Shown here one piece after another: positions 37,001 through 49,616 of a stretch of DNA of 64,000 nt. Position numbers and translations under genes: made by a program. How positions within the stretch are numbered: the stretch's first letter is position 1; each line of letters opens with the position of its first letter. The notes beneath the pieces are model-generated. The model saw nothing but the letters and a program-made list of their open reading frames with translations, was not told the DNA's origin and did no database searches. Location: contig JAIVFI010000032.1 of the NCBI GenBank assembly GCA_025558095.1, forward strand, positions 124,001-188,000. Direction: 5' to 3'. Origin of the DNA: Hyaloraphidium curvatum SAG 235-1 (lineage: Eukaryota > Fungi > Monoblepharomycota).

Positions 37001-40000
37001 TCCACTCTGCGCAGCCTTCTCCGCCTGCTTCGCACGCCGCGCGGCAACTGGATCAAAGGCCAGCTCTGATGCCGGCGTAATCCAAATGCGATAGTCGTCG
37101 GCACCAAAGTCGGCGATGTCGGTGCCCTTGATCTTGCCCAGCGACCAACTGAGGAGCGTGGAAACAACTTTGTCGTTGCCGAAGCGAACGACGACAGAAA
37201 GTGCTTTCAACGTGGCAGCCCGGAACTGCTCCTGGGACTCGCGATGCAGCGACCCCTCGAACGGATAGTCCGGAACACTGTCGGCCGATTCCGTCGCCAG
37301 CAATTTCTCGACAAACGGCAGTCCACGCCGCTGAATCAGCGAGCCCGCAGATTCGGCCAGGACCTCGTGCACCAGGTTGGGCCATGCGTTCTCGCCTTCG
37401 ACACCAGCTGTGAAGACGAGCCAATCAGGAACGGAATGAACGGCTCCGACACCGTGGACGTACCAATAGCATCGACCTGACTGATCACCAGCGTCGACAT
37501 CACAGCAGCGTCCAAAGCATCCGCCAGCGCTGCGTCGTCCTTGGCACCGACTGGAATGGCTGCGCGCACGAGCTCCCATGATCGAACCCCAATGTCCTTG
37601 CCATTTCGAGCCCGCGAAATGGGCCAGGCACCAGGCCACCGAGAATCGTCGTTCTCGTCCTCGACCGGTGCTGCCGCTACGGCAGGTCCCGATCCAGGCT
37701 CCCCCGCAGACGACAGCAGGCCACCAGCAGCACGAAGAGCAAGGTGAGCGAGCTGCCCGGCCAGTTTCGCGTCCTTCCTTTCCGCCGCGGTGCGCGCAAG
37801 ATCCCTCAAGGAACCGATGGCATCGCGGCGGACCGCCCACGAAGAGCTCTGGCAAGCACACCATGCCCACGCCGCGGGCAAGTCTGCCGATCCCAGCACC
37901 ATATCTCTGGTCCCAGGAAGCCGCGTGAGAAGCGACAGAAGCTGCACCAGCTGCAGCTGATCCGCCTCCACCGGCAGCGCCCTCGAGTAGAGTTTCTCCG
38001 AAAGCAGAAACGCGCGAGCACTTGCCGCTCCGAGGAGCGTCGGGAGCACCTTTGCCTTGGTCATCGCGGTCGCTGCCGCACCCTTGTCGCCTTCGGCCTC
38101 GGACCATCGCAAAAGCCAGGCCAAGCCGGCAAGGACCTCGACAAAGAAACCCTCCTTTCCCTCCTTGGCCATCCATCCCGCTCCGGCGGCCTGCAGCTTC
38201 ACCAGCAAAGCGGCCAGTGCGCCGGCCAAAGCCTCCACAATCTTGGCCGGCACATTCCCCACCGCCACCGGAGGCAGCACCTGAGCGAGTCCGACGATGC
38301 AGGCCTTTCTCAATCCCACCGCAGTTTTGGCGTTCCCAACGACCGCCACAATTGCCTCGCCGGCCTTGGCGTAGGCACCTTCCACCTCGGCGAGATGCGG
38401 CGCCACGACGCTGAGAAGTGCGGCGACGGATTGATCGTGCGTTTCCTTCCCCGCCAACAGCGGGAGCAGCGCGTCCAGGACGCCCTTCGAAGCTTCCCCC
38501 GGAGGAAGCGAACCAAGAGCTTCATAAGCCGCAGCCCGGGATTCCCACGAAGGAAGCTTCGAAGCGAGGAGTTTGTTGACCGTGTCGAGGGCAGACTTGT
38601 GCGAAGCCGCGGGAGAGAGTCTGGTCAGCTGTCCGAATAGAAGGACAGCGGAGCGCCGCGTGCCGGCGACGGCGGATTTGAGGTTGGCTTTTGCAACACC
38701 TTGGTCAGCAATCGGAACCAAGGTCTGAGAATAATATCTCACCGGTGATCGGCACCGTTAGCTTGGTTAGCCATGCCGAAAGGTTGACGCCTCCGTTGGG
38801 TATGCAGGCTAGCGCGCGGACCGTCGCAAGCCCATTTTGCTCCGCCGCGCGAGTATAGGCCTTTTCCACAAGCGGAAGCGCCGGGTCAAGAGCGGCATTG
38901 CTCGCAAAGCTGCGAAAGACTGCCGCCAGGAGGTCCTGGGAAGGGCGAATCAGATCCACATTGCCAGGTCTTGCGGTCAATGGGATCCATACCTGCTGGG
39001 GTTCCGGCACCGGCGCTTTGGCCCCAAGCACCGCAGTTGCCCAATAGGCAACGATTTCAGCTGCCTCCGCGTGCCCAACAATGTCCCACTTCTTGTGCTC
39101 CGCCACGTCCGCGCAAGCCCCAACCAGTGGAGCCCATTTCAAGTCTGCTGATCCCTTGGCGAGCGCAAGGGCGCATGCGAGCACAGTTTTGGCGCCCGCA
39201 ACCTTGCTCCGTGCCACAGCAGAGCGGAAGAGTTTGATCGCCTGGCTTCCGAGCTTGGCCGGTAGCGTCGCCGCCAGCTCTGCGGAAGCGGTCAGCAGAG
39301 TCTTCAGCGAGTCTTGAGATACGGAGGAATCGGAGGAGGTAAGGAGGGAGACGAGGCGAGGGACGACGACGAGTGACCAGAACAGGAGGGAGAAGCGGAA
39401 ACCGTCGCTCGAGCTGCCGAACTCGTGTGAGTGACTAGGAAAAGGCAAGCCCAATTCTAGACCTACGCAGCGGCTTTGCTCGTCCGCACACGATCAAGGC
39501 CCATGACGAGCTTGGGCAGGGCTTTAGGTCCCAGGTCACGGTCCGACGCGATCGCGGCCACAGCCCTGGCCGCGGCGGCCCTCGAAGCCCTGTCCTGGTA
39601 CCGCGGCAGGGTAGAAAACAGGATGTCCAAAAGATTCGGAACCAGCGCGTCGGGCAGCGGGTCCGCAGCTGCAATTCCTCGGTGAGTCCACAGTCTCGTG
39701 ATGGTCAAGATGGCCGAGAGCCACGTACCGGGCCCGTCCGCGCCAGCTTTCCGCCCCTTCGCGCCCTTCTTTCCCTCTTTCCGTCTCTCCGAGCCATCCT
39801 GCGTCGTCCGCCCACTGATCCGCGCCACCAGCGCGTCCCACATCGCCGTCCTCCTGCGAACCGACGCGCTTCCCGCCTCGACGGCCGCAACCCCAGTGCC
39901 GCGCGCCAGGAGCTCCGCCCAGGGCGTGGTCATCACCAGCTCGCGCAGCACGGACGTCGCATTGCCACCGGGCGCGGAGCTGCCGTCCGACCCGGCGTCG

Positions 40001-40116
40001 GAAATAGAGTCCAGGTCGGGCTGCTCGAGGGCCTCTGCCGCCCCAGGCGCGCCACCGGCGAGGCCGTTGGCGGCCACATTGCCGCCGCCCGATTCATCGA
40101 GCTCGTCGTCCGCCAT
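31032..40116 (-). CDS. GCN1: Translational activator GCN1 (HEAT-repeat eIF2-alpha kinase activator); about 10 introns
   Basis: Motifs LKTPSESVQMAVAECLPPL, ERRGAAYGLAGLVKGRG, LGRLFEPYI, APKQL..SLP.IVPRL, FVHYIDAPSLAL, DRSGAAQGLSEVL, DNWRIRQSS, WKSIVSNTPR and FVTQITGPLIRI occur across consecutive minus-strand ORFs. Confidence 0.96.
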
Positions 40117-40315
40117 CTCCGCTCCAATGGACCGGGAGGCGGGCGGCGTCGTTTTTTGTTTATGGGCCTCCAGCGGTCACACAGGCTGATGGTCAGGATA
40201 GGAGCTGCTCCTCCACGAAAGCAGTCCGCACGCATTGCTACGCTAGATCGATCTTCGTATCGCTGTGCGTGCTTCACAATGTGCCTTCTCCGCTCCGTTC
40301 CGACCCCGATCGCCG

Positions 40316-40726
40316 TCACTGCGGCCCGCTGGTCAACACGAACCCCGGCCCGACCGACAGCGTGATCCTTCCCGTGGGGAACCGCACCTCCACGTAGCGC
40401 TCGAAGTCGCCCCTCGGATCCGTCACCAGCTCCCAGCCTTCGGTCTCGTGCCTGGCGCGCCAGAATCGGTCGAACGCGGGGACCAGCTTGTCGATCTCTT
40501 CGTCCGCCCGGTCCTCAGGAAGCGACGACACGCAGACCAGGACGAGTTGGCGGAGATTGTGCAGCGTTCCGGGAAGGGACTCGATCAGGCGCAGGAACAT
40601 CGGGATGGCGTCGGGGGTGACCAGGAAGATCTGGAGGCGCGCGAGTCCCTCGGGGAGGTTTGCCGTCCCATAGGCGACGCTTGAAATCCACGGATCCATC
40701 GTCCCCGCTTCCAGATCCTGGGGCAC
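40316..40726 (-). CDS. Short hypothetical ORF, possibly a gene fragment
   Basis: Globular-looking 127-136 aa with an LRR-like segment (LHNLRQLVL). No clear 5' exons. Confidence 0.35.
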   Translation of the reverse strand: MPQDLEAGTMDPWISSVAYGTANLPEGLARLQIFLVTPDAIPMFLRLIESLPGTLHNLRQLVLVCVSSLPEDRADEEIDKLVPAFDRFWRARHETEGWELVTDPRGDFERYVEVRFPTGRITLSVGPGFVLTSGPQ

Positions 40727-40760
40727 GATGAACTCCCACGCCAGACCTACGGAGTCTGGT

Positions 40761-40812
40761 TCACTGATTCCAGGTCGCGCGGCGAATTGTCACTGATTCC
40801 AGGTCGCGCGGC
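40761..40812. repeat. Two 23-bp direct repeats (period 29)
   Basis: tcactgattccaggtcgcgcggc at 40761-40783 and 40790-40812. Confidence 0.9.
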
Positions 40813-41449
40813 TTCAGCGGGCACGTAGCGGGCCGCCGCAGGCACGCACGTTCCCCGCCGCTACCTACCATCTAGCTTCGCGCGGAGCGCGGCCGCGGAG
40901 CGGCTTGGCGAGCGCCAGCGAGCTTCGGGTGGCTGGGGAGGGGCGGAGCCCCGACCAAGAGGGTAGCAGGCTACAATAACTTTTCGCGCCCAGTTCTTTC
41001 CCCCGTGGACGCCCGCCTGCGGCGCGCGGGATTCGGACGTTGAGATGCATACGCACGCTTTTCATGCAATAAAACCCGTTGGGAAATGCATGGGTAGTGA
41101 GATCCCCTGCCGGGGCCCCGGGCGGAGCGCGCGCCCAACACCCCCTCGCCCAAACCGGCTCCCACGTCCACCGGAACGGCTCCCTGGGCCGGAGGACACC
41201 ACCGCGGTGACGGCGCGCGCGTTCCTGTGCGGCGGCGGCGCGGCGCGGCGGCGGGACGAGGCGCGGTGGGGGCAACCCGGCGCCGCTCCCCGTCGGACCT
41301 CCCTCACGCGCTGCACCCCTCGGCGCCCCTCCCGCGGAGCCACTGTCGACGGCGGCGGACGGCAAAATGGCGGACATGAAGCGGGACGGCGGCGGCAACA
41401 CGGCTGAGGGGTGGGAGGGCGGGCGGCATGCCGGGACCGCGGTACCTTC

Positions 41450-42044
41450 TCACGCCCGACGCTCCCCGCGACAGGTTCGACGTTCAAGGGGCCGGGGCCG
41501 ACAAGGAGCGCGAGGTGGAGGAGGAGTACGACGACCTTCCCTCGCTCGAGTACATCTCGGAGGGGGGAGTAGAGGAGGAGCATGGCGAGGACGGTTCGGA
41601 CAAGGGCGACGCTCCCAGCTCGTCCACGACATCCAGGGGGTCGTCCTGTCCATCGTGCTTGACATGTGCCGGCGCGTGCCGGAGAGGTGATTTGCCCACA
41701 CGACGCCGACATCCGACGAAGGCGGAGACTCGAACCCGTATTCTGTGCCGTCCAGGCCATCCAGCAGGCTCTTTCTGGCTTCGTTGATCTGCTTCATGAA
41801 CTCATTCGCCTCGTCGGAATGCTCCCGATGCTTGTCCACAACTCTGCTTCCTGTAGCCCTTTTCGATCCCTTCCTCGGTCAAAACAGCGGAGGGATCCAG
41901 CCCGAGCCGGTCCCGCATCGTCTTCCACAGCCTGGCCCTGGCGAACAGCGCCGCGGCCGGATCCGCCGACGCCGCGGCCGGATCCGCCGACGCCGCGGCC
42001 GGTCCGTCCTCCTCGGCGGCGCCGACGATTTCGACGGAAGGCAT
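41450..42044 (-). pseudogene. Frameshifted DnaJ/J-domain gene remnant
   Basis: One frame gives RLGLDPSAVLTEEGIEKGYRKQS and another gives DKHREHSDEANEFMKQINEARKSL. Only 4 nt (41837-41840) lie where xxxHP of the HPD motif should be. Confidence 0.65.
41949..42003. repeat. 21-bp tandem repeat (about 2.6 copies) encoding AAASADP
   Basis: cgccgcggccggatccgccga repeated. Confidence 0.9.
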
Positions 42045-42435
42045 GGCGGAAGGTCCTTGCTAACGATGCGGATTCGTCGGGGTGGCTATGAGCTCCGTGC
42101 ACCTCTGCGGGATGGCGCGCGATCAACGGGGCGCAGGGACGCAAGGGGACGCCATCCTCTCACGCGATGCTGCGGCAACAATCGCGGCGACGGCAGGTCG
42201 CTTCGGAGCAATCGCACGTCGGTCGGCCATCCGATGGCTCCGGAGGGGGTTCCTTTTGAGATCCCGCGGTCTCCGGGGCGTGACGTTCGGAGGGGCTCAG
42301 ATGCGGCGGAGCCCGTCGGGAAAACGGATTGGGGTTCCATCGCCCGCTGCCCGGCATCCCGGGACAGCAGGATCACGCTCACCATGCAATGCATTGCACC
42401 TCTGCGATCGACCGTGCACAAGACGGCGCCGTGCT

Positions 42436-43750
42436 TCAACCCTGGCCCCAGGACGCCCACCTCCCCTCCGTCCCCACAACACATCCCCCATCACCCTCCT
42501 CCACCACCTGCACCCCCTCCAAACCCCTCCACCACCTCGCCTCCTTCACCCCCCTCCCCGGCACGACCACCACCTCGCACCCTTTTGCCCTCAGCGCCTC
42601 CACCCCCCTCCGCACCGCGCCCCTCCTCGCCCCGCGCAGCACCGGCCTCCAGAGCACCAGCCTCTCCAGCGTCCCGTGCGCCGCCAAGGCCGGAAACGCG
42701 TCGACGGAGCAGCGCAGGTCCTCCAGCCTCAGCCTCCCCAGCGGGAGCCGCAGCAGCGCGGCCCACGCGGCGGGGTCGACGGGGATCCCCGGCACCGCGG
42801 CGCAGAACAGGCGCATGGAACGCGGGCGGAAGCGCGGGTCCGATGGGAGGGAGGGGGGGAGGTCGTTGGCGTGGCAGGCCGAGAGGTGGGAGAGGAGGGC
42901 GAGGGTGCCGGGGGGGAGGTCCGCGGGTTCCGGCGGGCGGGGGCCGGAGAAGGACCACGGGATGTTGCGGGGCACCAGGAGCGCGGTGAGGGAGCGCAGG
43001 GACGAGGCGGGGTCCGAGGGGTCGGAGGGGTTGGGCGGGAGCCATTCCGGGTTCGAGACGGCGAGGTGCTCCAGGTTCGGCGGGAGCTCGCACGACGGTC
43101 CCGGCCGCGAAGCGCGTGAACGGCCCTCGGGCATGTCCCACGCGAAGTGGTCGTCGCCCGGCAGCGGCCCGTGCGACGACAGGCGGACCTCAAGGAACCG
43201 GCATTTCGCGAGGGAAGGGAGGAGCTTCCAGATCTCGGGCGCCACGCCCCCGTGTAGCCACAGCGCCACCGTTTCCGCGTAGGGCGCGCAGCGGGAAAGT
43301 ATCCTCAACGCGGAAAAGAAGCGCTCCGAGCGCTCGCCTGCCGAGAGCGCCGCGCGGACGGTGCGCACGTGCCGCCAGCGGTCCCGGCCGCCTTCGAGCA
43401 GGGATTCGAGCTTCCAGACGTCGTCGACGCGGAGGAGGTCCAGTTCCCGCATGAGGAAGGGCATGCCGAGGGAGAAGGCGTGGCGGGATGTGCGCATCAG
43501 CGACAGGAGGGAGGGCCTGTCTCCCCGGCGGGCCAGCTCGCTGCACACGAGGTGGAACACGTCCACGGGCAGCTTGGCGTCGCGTCCGGGGAAAATCCAA
43601 CGTGCCAGGCGGCGCATTTGGTAGGAGCATCGCGCCGAGAGAAGCCTCGCCACGAGGAAGGCGACGACGAGGCCGAGCAGCGACAGGCGCACGATTTCTG
43701 TCCAGTCCACTTCGGGAGCCGCTACAGCCGCCCTCCGCGGGCCGGCCATG
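42436..43750 (-). CDS. F-box-like / degenerate LRR hypothetical protein with an N-terminal hydrophobic segment
   Basis: KLPVDVFHLVCSELARRGDRPSLLSLMRTSR (F-box-like), followed by LPPNLEHLAV and LRSLTALL. Apparently intronless. The start could be 43806. Confidence 0.55.
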
Positions 43751-43884
43751 AGGCCGAGCGGCAACGGAGAGGCGCCGGCCTTGCCGGGGTTGCTCGATGT
43801 TTTCAATTGTTGGTGCGAAGGGGTCCAACGGTCCAGCGCCTGGCGTGTCCATCATCGATCACCGCGCACGCCATCGAGCCGGCC

Positions 43885-46159
43885 ATGTACCGCGGACCCG
43901 GCGGCGCGCCGCCGCCGAGCGATGCGCGCGATGCGCAACTGACATTCACGGCGCGGGGCGGCGATGGGCCGGGCGGGTACCCGCGGGAGTCAGCGCCCGA
44001 CGAGCCCGACGACCCGACCGGCAAGGGCGCCAAGGCGTTCGCGGCTCTCAACGGCCCGCAGCTGTTCGCGGCGCGGCGGCGGTGGACGCCGCGGGCGTGC
44101 CGGCCGCGCATGCTGACGTCGGCGCCGCGGGTGCCGCCGGCGCTGCTGCTCCTCGTCGGCGCGCTCGCCGCCGCCGCGTTCCTGTGGGCGATGCTGCCGC
44201 GCGCGCGCGAGCGGCCGCCTGCGCCGCCGCTGCCCGAACTCGACGCGACGCCGGTGCGCCAGGTGGACCGCAGGCCGCCGGCGGAGCGGCTGCCCAAGTC
44301 GCCGCTGGTGCCGCCGCCCCTCCGCAGGGGCCCCGCCGCGCCCGCAAAGGCCGCGCACGTGCCCGCGAGGCCGGACAGGGCGGGCGCCGGGCCGGACCCC
44401 GCCGCGGCCCGCGCGCGCGCGGAGATGGCGGGCTTTGTGCCGCGCCTGGACAGGAAGCCGCTGCGGCCCCCGCAGAGGCCGCCGCAGAGGCCCGTGCTCA
44501 AGCGCCCCCCCCTCCCCGCGGAGCCGGTCAAGAAGATCGTGCCGCCGCCGGAGCCCGAGGACGAGGAGGAGGAGGAGGAGGAGGAGGAGGTCGCGGAGGA
44601 GGACGCCCCCGTCGAGGCTTCCCCGCCCGACCCGCCGATCAAGGCCCTCCCGCGCGCCAAGGCGCCCGCGCCGGCCGAGCTGCCCAAACCCGCCAAGCTC
44701 CCCGACGCCGAAGAAGGCGGCGCCGGGGACGACGCCGACGCCGAGGCCGAAACCGAGGACGCGGACGCCGAAACGGACAATGCCGACGACGCCGCCCCCG
44801 CACCTCCCCCGCCTCCCCCGGCGCCCGTGCCCGCCCCCGCCCCCAAGCTCGCCAAAGCCGGCCCGCCGCTGCACAAAGCCCTCCCCAAGCGATCCGAACT
44901 CCGCGCCCCCAAGCCCAAGCAGGCGGACGAACCCACCCGCCGCCTCGTCAACGGCCGCCTGGTCCCCCCCGGCTCCGACGCCCCGCCCAAGCCCGCCCGC
45001 CCGCGGAGCTGGAACGAGCTCGCCCGGCCCCCCGCCGCCGCGCACTCCCTGGACGACGGCCACGGCGCCGATCAGCAGCGCGCGCGGTCGTGGGAGGACC
45101 TGGCGCGGCCCCCGCCGCGCGAGGTGCTCCGGCACGCGGACCACGCCAAGTCGGGGGAGGGGAAGAAGCCGTACGCGGGGGGCGGCAAGGCGCACGGGCC
45201 GGCCGATGCGGGGGAGGGGAAGGTGGAAGACGAGGGGGGCGCGAGAGGGGAGGCGCCGAGGAGGCAGGTCGTGGGGATGGGGGGAGAGAAGGGGGTGGCG
45301 GGCAAGGCGGACGGGCAGGAGGTGGGGCAGGAGGCGATGGAGGCGGCGAGGGAGCAGGCGGCCAGGGATGCGGTGCGGGATGCGGGCAAAGGGCTCCCGG
45401 GGGAGAAGCAGGCGGGCAAGCCGGCGGCGGCTGCGGTTCCGGCCCCCGCTCCCGACGGGCTGTTTGGCGACGACGCACCGCGCGCGGCTGCAGAGGCCGG
45501 CAAGCCCGCGGCGCGCGAGGAGCCGGTCGCGGTGAAGGAACAGGCGCGGGCACGGCCGGGGCGCGCGAAGCAAAAGGCGCCCGAAGCCCACGAGGAGGCG
45601 GCCAAGCCCGCGCCGGTGCCGGCGGCGCCGGAACCCGCTCCCGCTCCGCCGCCGCCCCCGCCTCCGCCCCCGCCACCCCCACCGCCCCCGCCGCCGCCGC
45701 CTCCGAAGCGGTACCCTCCCGTTCCCGGATCCCAGTGGAAATGGTTCGACCCCCCGTTCTTTCCGCACCCGCCGAACGCTGACCCCCGGTACAGCATACC
45801 CGACTTCACCACCCCCCTCACGGTCACCCCCAACGACGAGATTGCCTGCCTCTCGCGCGACGGGCGCAACTGCGTCTGGCCGACGACACACGAGGACTGC
45901 GAGGCCATGGCGCGCACCCCGCCCGAGGGCAAGATCGGCGTGCTCGAGTGCGGCGCGCACCACCAGCAGGTGTGGGGCCGTCCGGGGTACGTGTCCCGTC
46001 GTTGCGCGTCCGGGTGCGGGCCCGTGCTGATCGGGGCGCTGCAGGTACGACGATGCCGATCCGCTGTCGTGGTGCACGGCGGGGAGGAAGGTGCTCAAGC
46101 TGGCGGACTTCGTGCTGCCGGCGGAGAAAATGCCGCCGCCGCTCGATACGTGGCCTTAG
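43885..46159 (+). CDS. Type II membrane-anchored Pro/Ala/Glu-rich stalk protein with a C-terminal Cys/Trp-rich module
   Basis: TM segment ALLLLVGALAAAAFLWAML, then poly-E and poly-P tracts. Intron 45987-46044 gives TPLTVTPNDEIACLSRDGRNCVW...LECGAHHQQVWGRPGYDDADPLSWCTAG, with a stop at 46157-46159. Confidence 0.7.
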
Positions 46160-46301
46160 CTCGCGTGTATTGCGCATCGTCCGACTCGGTAGTGACACAT
46201 CGGATGCGGAGTGATCGTTCGTGCGCGGAGGGGTCCATTTCCATCTCCCCGCGCGTCCCGCGTCCCGATGCCTCAGCGGATCGCGATTCGCCGGTGACGC
46301 G

Positions 46302-47407
46302 ATGGCGACCACGCGGCGGCGCGCCGCGGCGGCGGCCGCGGGCAACGGCGCCCCCCCTCCGCGCCCCGCGCCGCCCCCGCCCAACGTGTACCTCTTCATC
46401 CCGAACCTCATCGGTGCGCGCTCCCCCTTAATTCCCACCCCCTAATCTGACCGGTGTGGTTAAAGGCTATGCGCGCGTGCTGCTCTGCGCGCTCTCCCTG
46501 TGGGCGCTCCCCGCGCACCCCATGGTGTTCTTCTGGAGCTACGCCGCGTCGGCGCTGCTGGACGCCGTCGACGGGTACGCGGCCAGGTACTTTGGGCAAT
46601 GTGGGACCGTGTCGCGGCGCGCCGGGCGGCAGGGGGGCTGAGCGGGATCCGTTCCGTCGGGCAGCGACCAAGTTCGGTGCCGTGCTGGACATGGTGACCG
46701 ACAGGTGGGCGCTTCCGGCTCCTCCGGGCGGTTCGAGCGGCTCATGCGTTCTTTGTTCCTCTGCTGGTGATGCAGGTCCTCGACGACCTGCCTCCTGACC
46801 TACCTCGCGAGCATATACCCCCACTTCATGCTCATGTCGCAGTTCCTCATCGCCCTGGACCTGTCGAGCCACTACATGCACATGGTCAGGTGGGGACATG
46901 TCTACCGGCCGTCTTGAGAGGACTTTCTCCGACGGTACTCTATCGGCTTGCTCCCACAGCTCGCTGACGTCGGGCGCCAACTCCCACAAAATAATCGCCG
47001 ATACCGGCAACCCCCTCCTGAAACTCTACTACTCCAACAAAGTGCGTCGGTTGCCCTCGAACGCGCGGTTGCGGCAGCTTACGTCGCTCCGCGCCAGTAC
47101 GTCCTCTTTCTAGTCTGCTTCGGCAACGAGTCCTTCTTCATCCTCTTCTACATGATGCACGCCCTGCCCGCCGGCTTCCGTGGGTTTCCGAACGTGCCCC
47201 ACTCACTGTCTTCCCCGCTCACCGGGTCCTTCGATCGCCACAGTCCTGACGGCGGTCAAGGTCTGCTCCCTCATCACCCTCCCCGTCTGCGTCCTCAAGC
47301 AGCTCCTCAACGTCATCCAGCTGTGGGCGGCCGCCGAGGCGCTGGTCCACGTGGACGAGAAGGAGTGGATGGCCGCGCAGCGGGGCGAGGCGGTGGCGGA
47401 GTCGTAG
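46302..47407 (+). CDS. PIS1: CDP-diacylglycerol--inositol 3-phosphatidyltransferase (phosphatidylinositol synthase); about 7 exons
   Basis: NVYLFIPNLIG|YAR, the CDP-alcohol phosphotransferase motif LLDAVDGYAARYFGQ|STKFGAVLDMVTDR, LDLSSHYMHM and KQLLNVIQL. Confidence 0.93.
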
Positions 47408-47728
47408 CCGCCGGCGGGCCGGGGCGGTCAGGCCGTGTATGGGGCGTTGGCTGCCGAAGAAAGCGGGATGTGCTGGATCACGCTGGCTCCTTTTGGTCCA
47501 GTTGGATGCCGTCCGGGGATGTCCTGGTTGTATGGAAGACCCGATGCCCGGACAAGGACAGAGATCGGAACTCGGATGGGCGAACTGCATGCATTTCGCA
47601 AGGATCCGCTACAATGCTTCTCGCGGGTATGGAATGCCACAGGGGTGGCACGCGATATTTGCAGACATAGTAGAGCCACGGTTGTGGATGTTCCAGCAAG
47701 CCAGCCCCGGGGGAGGGCCAGAGACGGA

Positions 47729-49092
47729 TCACTTGGCGCTCGGGGAAGGCCGCCGAGGCTCGCGCCTCTCCAGCTTGCGCCGCGCGATCTTCGTGACCCT
47801 CGGCCGGACCGGGCGCACATTGCTGCCCTGCTGCAGGCCCGCGATCACGGGCGTCGCGGCCCTCAGGTTGCGGAAGTTGGGGTCCACCCAGATCCTGCCG
47901 CCCGCGACGTCGGCCTCGGAGGTCGCCACGATCTGCCTGATCCAGCTCGCAAACTTGCTCACGCGGGTCCAGACGGCGGGAACGCCCGCAATCCCGCACT
48001 GCGTGGGCCCTTTGCTGGTGACGCCGACGACCACCGGCCTGCCGGCGTCGTCCGTCATGTACAGCGGCCCGCCCGAGTCTCCGTTGCACACGTTCCGCCC
48101 CGCGTCGCCGCCGGCGCAGACAACGCTGTCGTCCACGTTGCCAAAGTAGCCCCGGCACTGGTCGTGCGCGACGATCGGCACCTGCACCTCTTGGAGCGAG
48201 TTGGCCGACTGGAAGCCCTGCCCGTCCGCACGCCTCATCAGGCCCCATCCGACGGCCTGCCCGCGCTTCAGGCGGGCGTCCCCGACGGAGGCGGGGTTGG
48301 TGCTCGGGATCGAGGGGAAGCCCAGGTTGATGGCGACGGGCGTGGGCCAGTTGGTGCTCCCCGATGGGTTGCCAAAGTAGAACGAGGTTCCCAAGGGCGA
48401 CGACCGCGCGTTGCTGAGCTCGATCTGGAAAAGCGCAATGTCCCCGTACGTCGTCGAGGGGCTGCGAGGCGGGATCACGGATCAGCGCCCGGGATCACGG
48501 ATCGCTGATCCCGACGGGCACGCACTTCCAGTTCGGCGGCGTCCAGATGCGCTTGACCGAAAAGTAGAATCCGCGCCTGCCGTCGGCCGGGGCAGACCAG
48601 TCCGCCCTGTTGATCCACACGATCCACCGGTTGAGGGGCATCTTGACGCAGTCTGCAAGGCGGGATCAGGCTGATCAGCCGTGCGCAGGGGTCGGGGCCA
48701 ATTGCAGGAACCAACGGGCAGCAGTCAAGACCAGCGTGGGGCTGATCAGCGATCCAGTGCAGGCCGGGGACAGGCTCTGCGAGGGGGTTGAGACGGATCA
48801 GCAACAAGCTAGGCAGGCAGGCACATGCGTTGCCCACGTTGGATGACGGATCAACCCAGCCGAGGAATGCAACCCAGGGGTACTTGTTGGCCCCAGTCGC
48901 CGAGCCGCCCACGATGTTGGGAGAGAGTCCTCCGCCCGTCGAGTTGCCCGGCACCTGGAGCCACGACGGGTCGAACGGCGGGAGGTCCCGCTTGGGCGGG
49001 GGCGCGGCCGCTGCCGGCCATGCGGAGGCCAGCAGGGCGAGCAGAATCGCGGAGGCGACCGCCCCGCGGCAGATCCCTTTGCGGAGGGCCAT
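47729..49092 (-). CDS. Secreted S1A (trypsin/chymotrypsin-fold) serine protease; 4 exons
   Basis: Signal peptide, propeptide, IVGG...YPWVA, and catalytic triad motifs VLTAAH|C, GDIALF and CNGDSGGPL. Confidence 0.92.
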
Positions 49093-49616
49093 GAATTGCT
49101 GCAGCGGTGACGGGGGACGGGGGGATGGAGAGGCTTGCGGCAGCTTCCTGGCGTGGCGGCGGCACCCGCTCGTCCGGGGAGGCGGACGTCGGGTCACGGG
49201 TCGCTCGGAAATGGCCGGAAGTGCGAGATCAGCTGGGATCCGTGCCGGGAGATCCGCAGTCGGGTCGCGATGTGCCGTTGCGGCGGCGAAGCGCGATCCC
49301 CGACAAATGTCTGCGGCGACTGCGGCAAGACGCGACCCACCCGCGGCATAATCCCCCGCCGCAGCAGCCCAACTGAATCCGGAATCCCTCGAATGCACTG
49401 CATGACCGCGCATGTAACCGACTAGAATTGTTCGTGTTGGTGTTCGGGGCCTTGCGGCGGGATCCCATGCACTGCAATGGACGCAATGGATCTCCTTGAG
49501 GGCGCATTGCTCGTCGCAAGATCCGAAACCCGACCGATCCGTTGAGCCTTTTCAACATGCGCCACGATCAATTGGCCTCAGCAACATCCAAGAGTTGCAA
49601 AATCCTACGTTCTCGA

